This document shows positions 42,205 through 42,279 of a stretch of 42,279 nt of DNA, piece after piece. The notes beneath the pieces are model-generated. The model had not been told where the DNA came from, made no database searches, and saw only the letters and a list, made by a program, of their open reading frames with translations. A program made the position numbers and the translations under genes. How positions within the stretch are numbered: the first letter of the stretch is position 1; the number at the start of each line of letters is the position of its first letter. Source of the stretch: a virus; IMG/VR virus record IMGVR_UViG_3300003311_000002, positions 1-42,279 of that record; one strand, given 5' to 3'.

Positions 42205-42279
42205 CGGGGTGTAGCGTAGCCCGGTCATCGCGCCTGCTTTGGGAGCAGGAGGTCGCAGGTTCGAATCCTGCCACCCCGA
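42205..42279 (+). tRNA. tRNA-Pro (anticodon UGG), second identical copy
   Basis: Sequence identical to 2..76. The window ends at the discriminator base. Confidence 0.9.

Noticed and set aside
1-42279. Diversity-generating retroelement, retron, or a recognisable multi-gene defence system (CBASS, Gabija, Thoeris and the like)
   Set aside because: No reverse transcriptase motifs (YxDD). No Cas-like proteins. No long near-identical template/variable repeat pair noticed. No large nuclease-ATPase pairs beyond the terminase and the primase-helicase. This was a by-eye search, so small or novel systems cannot be excluded.
1-42279. Stop-codon reassignment (TAG or TGA recoding, as in some gut phages)
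   Set aside because: Long uninterrupted ORFs (up to 1268 aa) are obtained with the standard code. Genes abut cleanly at all three stop codons, and there are no suppressor tRNAs.

Overview
The window is almost entirely one complete ~42-kb temperate tailed-phage prophage. It sits at the 3' end of a tRNA-Pro(UGG) gene (2..76). A 15-bp direct repeat (63..77 and 42138..42152) bounds it, and a second identical tRNA-Pro copy follows (42205..42279). Only the lysogeny genes are on the + strand: integrase 345..1556, CI-like repressor 41008..41451 and an unknown 121-aa ORF. Everything else forms a tightly packed - strand array. Read in the direction of transcription it runs: Cro-like HTH; LuxR-type regulator; small early ORFs; HNH endonuclease; Toprim/P-loop primase-helicase; an 860-bp non-coding region; prohead protease; major capsid; ParB-methyltransferase; terminase; portal; an accessory island; tape measure; baseplate and tail fibre; lysis genes. 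The host looks like Bacteroidota. This rests on TAnnTTTG -7 boxes, no Shine-Dalgarno sequences, the integrase type and a DUF4468-like lipoprotein, and it is an inference only. I recognise no known defence system: no reverse transcriptase, no Cas proteins and no CRISPR array. The most unusual signals are non-coding. (1) An invariant TGTCCTTT-N20-TAnnTTTG element occurs six times in front of late gene blocks. (2) An array of TTTTGTAATTGC repeats lies next to a GC-rich, ORF-free, hairpin-rich island with convergent terminators (31.2-32.05 kb). (3) A 277-bp intergenic region carries two strong hairpins with an identical 12-nt loop, and that loop is complementary to the leader of a candidate late-regulator gene. 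(4) Four tandem 11-bp repeats lie in the repressor/cro switch. (5) A promoter- and terminator-insulated accessory island is embedded in the structural operon. Most protein calls rest on motifs read by eye and on gene position. No database search was possible.
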